DNA from: an uncultured Spirochaetota bacterium
GTDB lineage: Bacteria; Spirochaetota; Brevinematia; Brevinematales; JAOACQ01
Assembly: GCA_963835575.1 (NCBI GenBank)
Contig: CAWIGG010000004.1
Location: forward strand, 192,001 to 256,000
Reading direction: 5' to 3'
DNA length: 64,000 bases
The position numbers and the translations under genes are program-made. Numbering within the stretch: the first letter of the stretch is position 1; every line of letters starts with the position of its first letter. The notes beneath the pieces were generated by a model. It saw only the letters and a program-made list of their open reading frames with translations. It did no database searches and had not been told where the DNA came from. Below are positions 63,214 to 64,000 of the stretch, one piece after another.

Positions 63214-63372
63214 ATAGTTGCCGCAATCAAGGAACCGTTCCACGGATTCTGAAATCCTTTCGAGGTTGAACTTACCGTATTTTCCCGAATAATCCGCGTC
63301 ATAACCGAACTGGAATTCCGGAAAGTGCTCCTTCAGGGTATCCCGGACCGCGCTTGGTACATAACCAGGCAT
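63214..63372 (-). pseudogene. N-terminal remnant of an IS91-family transposase (Zn-binding domain start)
   Basis: MPGYVP...LKEHF.EF...Y...YGKF.L..I...VERFLDCG, cut at the repeat boundary. Confidence 0.55.
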
Positions 63373-63469
63373 AAAGGCTCCTGTGGAAAATCCCGCAATA
63401 GCCTTGTTGTTATATGGTGTTAAAAATGAGAGGAAATGGGGGAAATATTGAAGTGTTAACAAATATTTT

Positions 63470-63700
63470 TCTGATTCATGAGTTTATGCTCTGGTCCGGC
63501 CCACAGGCCGTTCTGGCCGCCATGCTCAACTCAATCGATAAAATGTCGGCCGGTTATTATGGAATGATGAACCTTCTCATCCAGATGCCGGTCAATCTAT
63601 ACTGGGGCATCGGCTTTGCCGGCATTATGATCGCCAACTTTATAGACGAATCCTGGCGGGCCGTTGTGAATTATCTGCGATTTCATTTCAATCCGAAAAA
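63470..63700 (+). pseudogene. Possible MATE-transporter 3' fragment
   Basis: YWGIGFAGIMIANFIDESWRAVVNYLRF. Confidence 0.45.
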
Positions 63701-63757
63701 GATATCTTTATTAAGCGGCCAAATAAAAAAAGGGGGTTATAATCAATTTATAAATTT

Positions 63758-64000
63758 TTATTCTACTATAATAATAGAATTGACGCTTTTACCGCCGTCG
63801 GATTCTATGTCCGGATTATCCGGATCGGGGATCCAGTAGCCGTCCAGCACGAACTTATAGAGATAACGCCCCTTCCTCAGCGGAAGCTTGACGCTCCAGA
63901 GCCCCGTCTCATCTTTCTTCATTTCGGTGATGATGCCGCTCCAGCCGTTGAATGTCCCGGCCAGCGTGACAAGAACCGCGTCCGGCGCATAGAGCTTGAA
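63758..64000 (-). CDS. 3' part of a protein ending in a CBM48/AMPK-type glycogen-binding domain (runs off the window)
   Basis: FKLYAPDA..V.LAGTFNGW...W...L.L..GRY.YKFVLDG.WIPDPDNP...NSII.VE*. Confidence 0.8.
   Translation of the reverse strand, partial: FKLYAPDAVLVTLAGTFNGWSGIITEMKKDETGLWSVKLPLRKGRYLYKFVLDGYWIPDPDNPDIESDGGKSVNSIIIVE

Larger units (their letters stand above)
61501..63214. repeat. Direct repeat copy 2
   Basis: Aligns with 51545-53220; extra ~49 bp at ~62643-62691. Confidence 0.92.

Noticed and set aside
51545..63214. Diversity-generating retroelement (TR/VR) explanation for the duplicated IBP, PAS and REC segments
   Set aside because: No reverse transcriptase in the window and the differences are not adenine-specific.
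1..64000. tRNA, rRNA, integron integrase, cas genes
   Set aside because: None recognised by eye; a tRNAscan/Infernal run would be needed to exclude small RNAs.

Overview
Bacterial chromosome segment, probably a spirochete (FlbB-like flagellar collar gene beside fliJ, lipoprotein signals). Housekeeping blocks: rimP-nusA-infB-rbfA-DHH, an RluA-family synthase, asd, acpP, fliJ/SLT/flbB-like and cstA. These alternate with heavily reworked accessory DNA: a glycosyltransferase cluster; three apparently complete IS elements (IS1182, IS21 with 5-bp TSD, IS256 with 9-bp TSD); IS91- and IS1634-like remnants; a two-cassette attC-like array carrying a HEPN gene; and several dispersed palindromic repeat families. 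Best candidates for undescribed biology: (1) an AT-rich three-gene operon, DNA methyltransferase + SIR2-like + DUF262, with no restriction nuclease (candidate anti-phage system); (2) two paralogous ice-binding (DUF3494) lipoprotein genes on 1.7-kb direct repeats, each with a sigma54 promoter, a palindromic candidate enhancer and a Met-Arg-stop mini-uORF, bracketing a histidine kinase/NtrC/GGDEF/PP2C signalling cluster; (3) a recurrent pattern of intact gene - inserted gene - displaced diverged 3' end of the same gene. All family calls come from motif recognition by eye; no database searches were run. No rRNA, tRNA or CRISPR array was seen.
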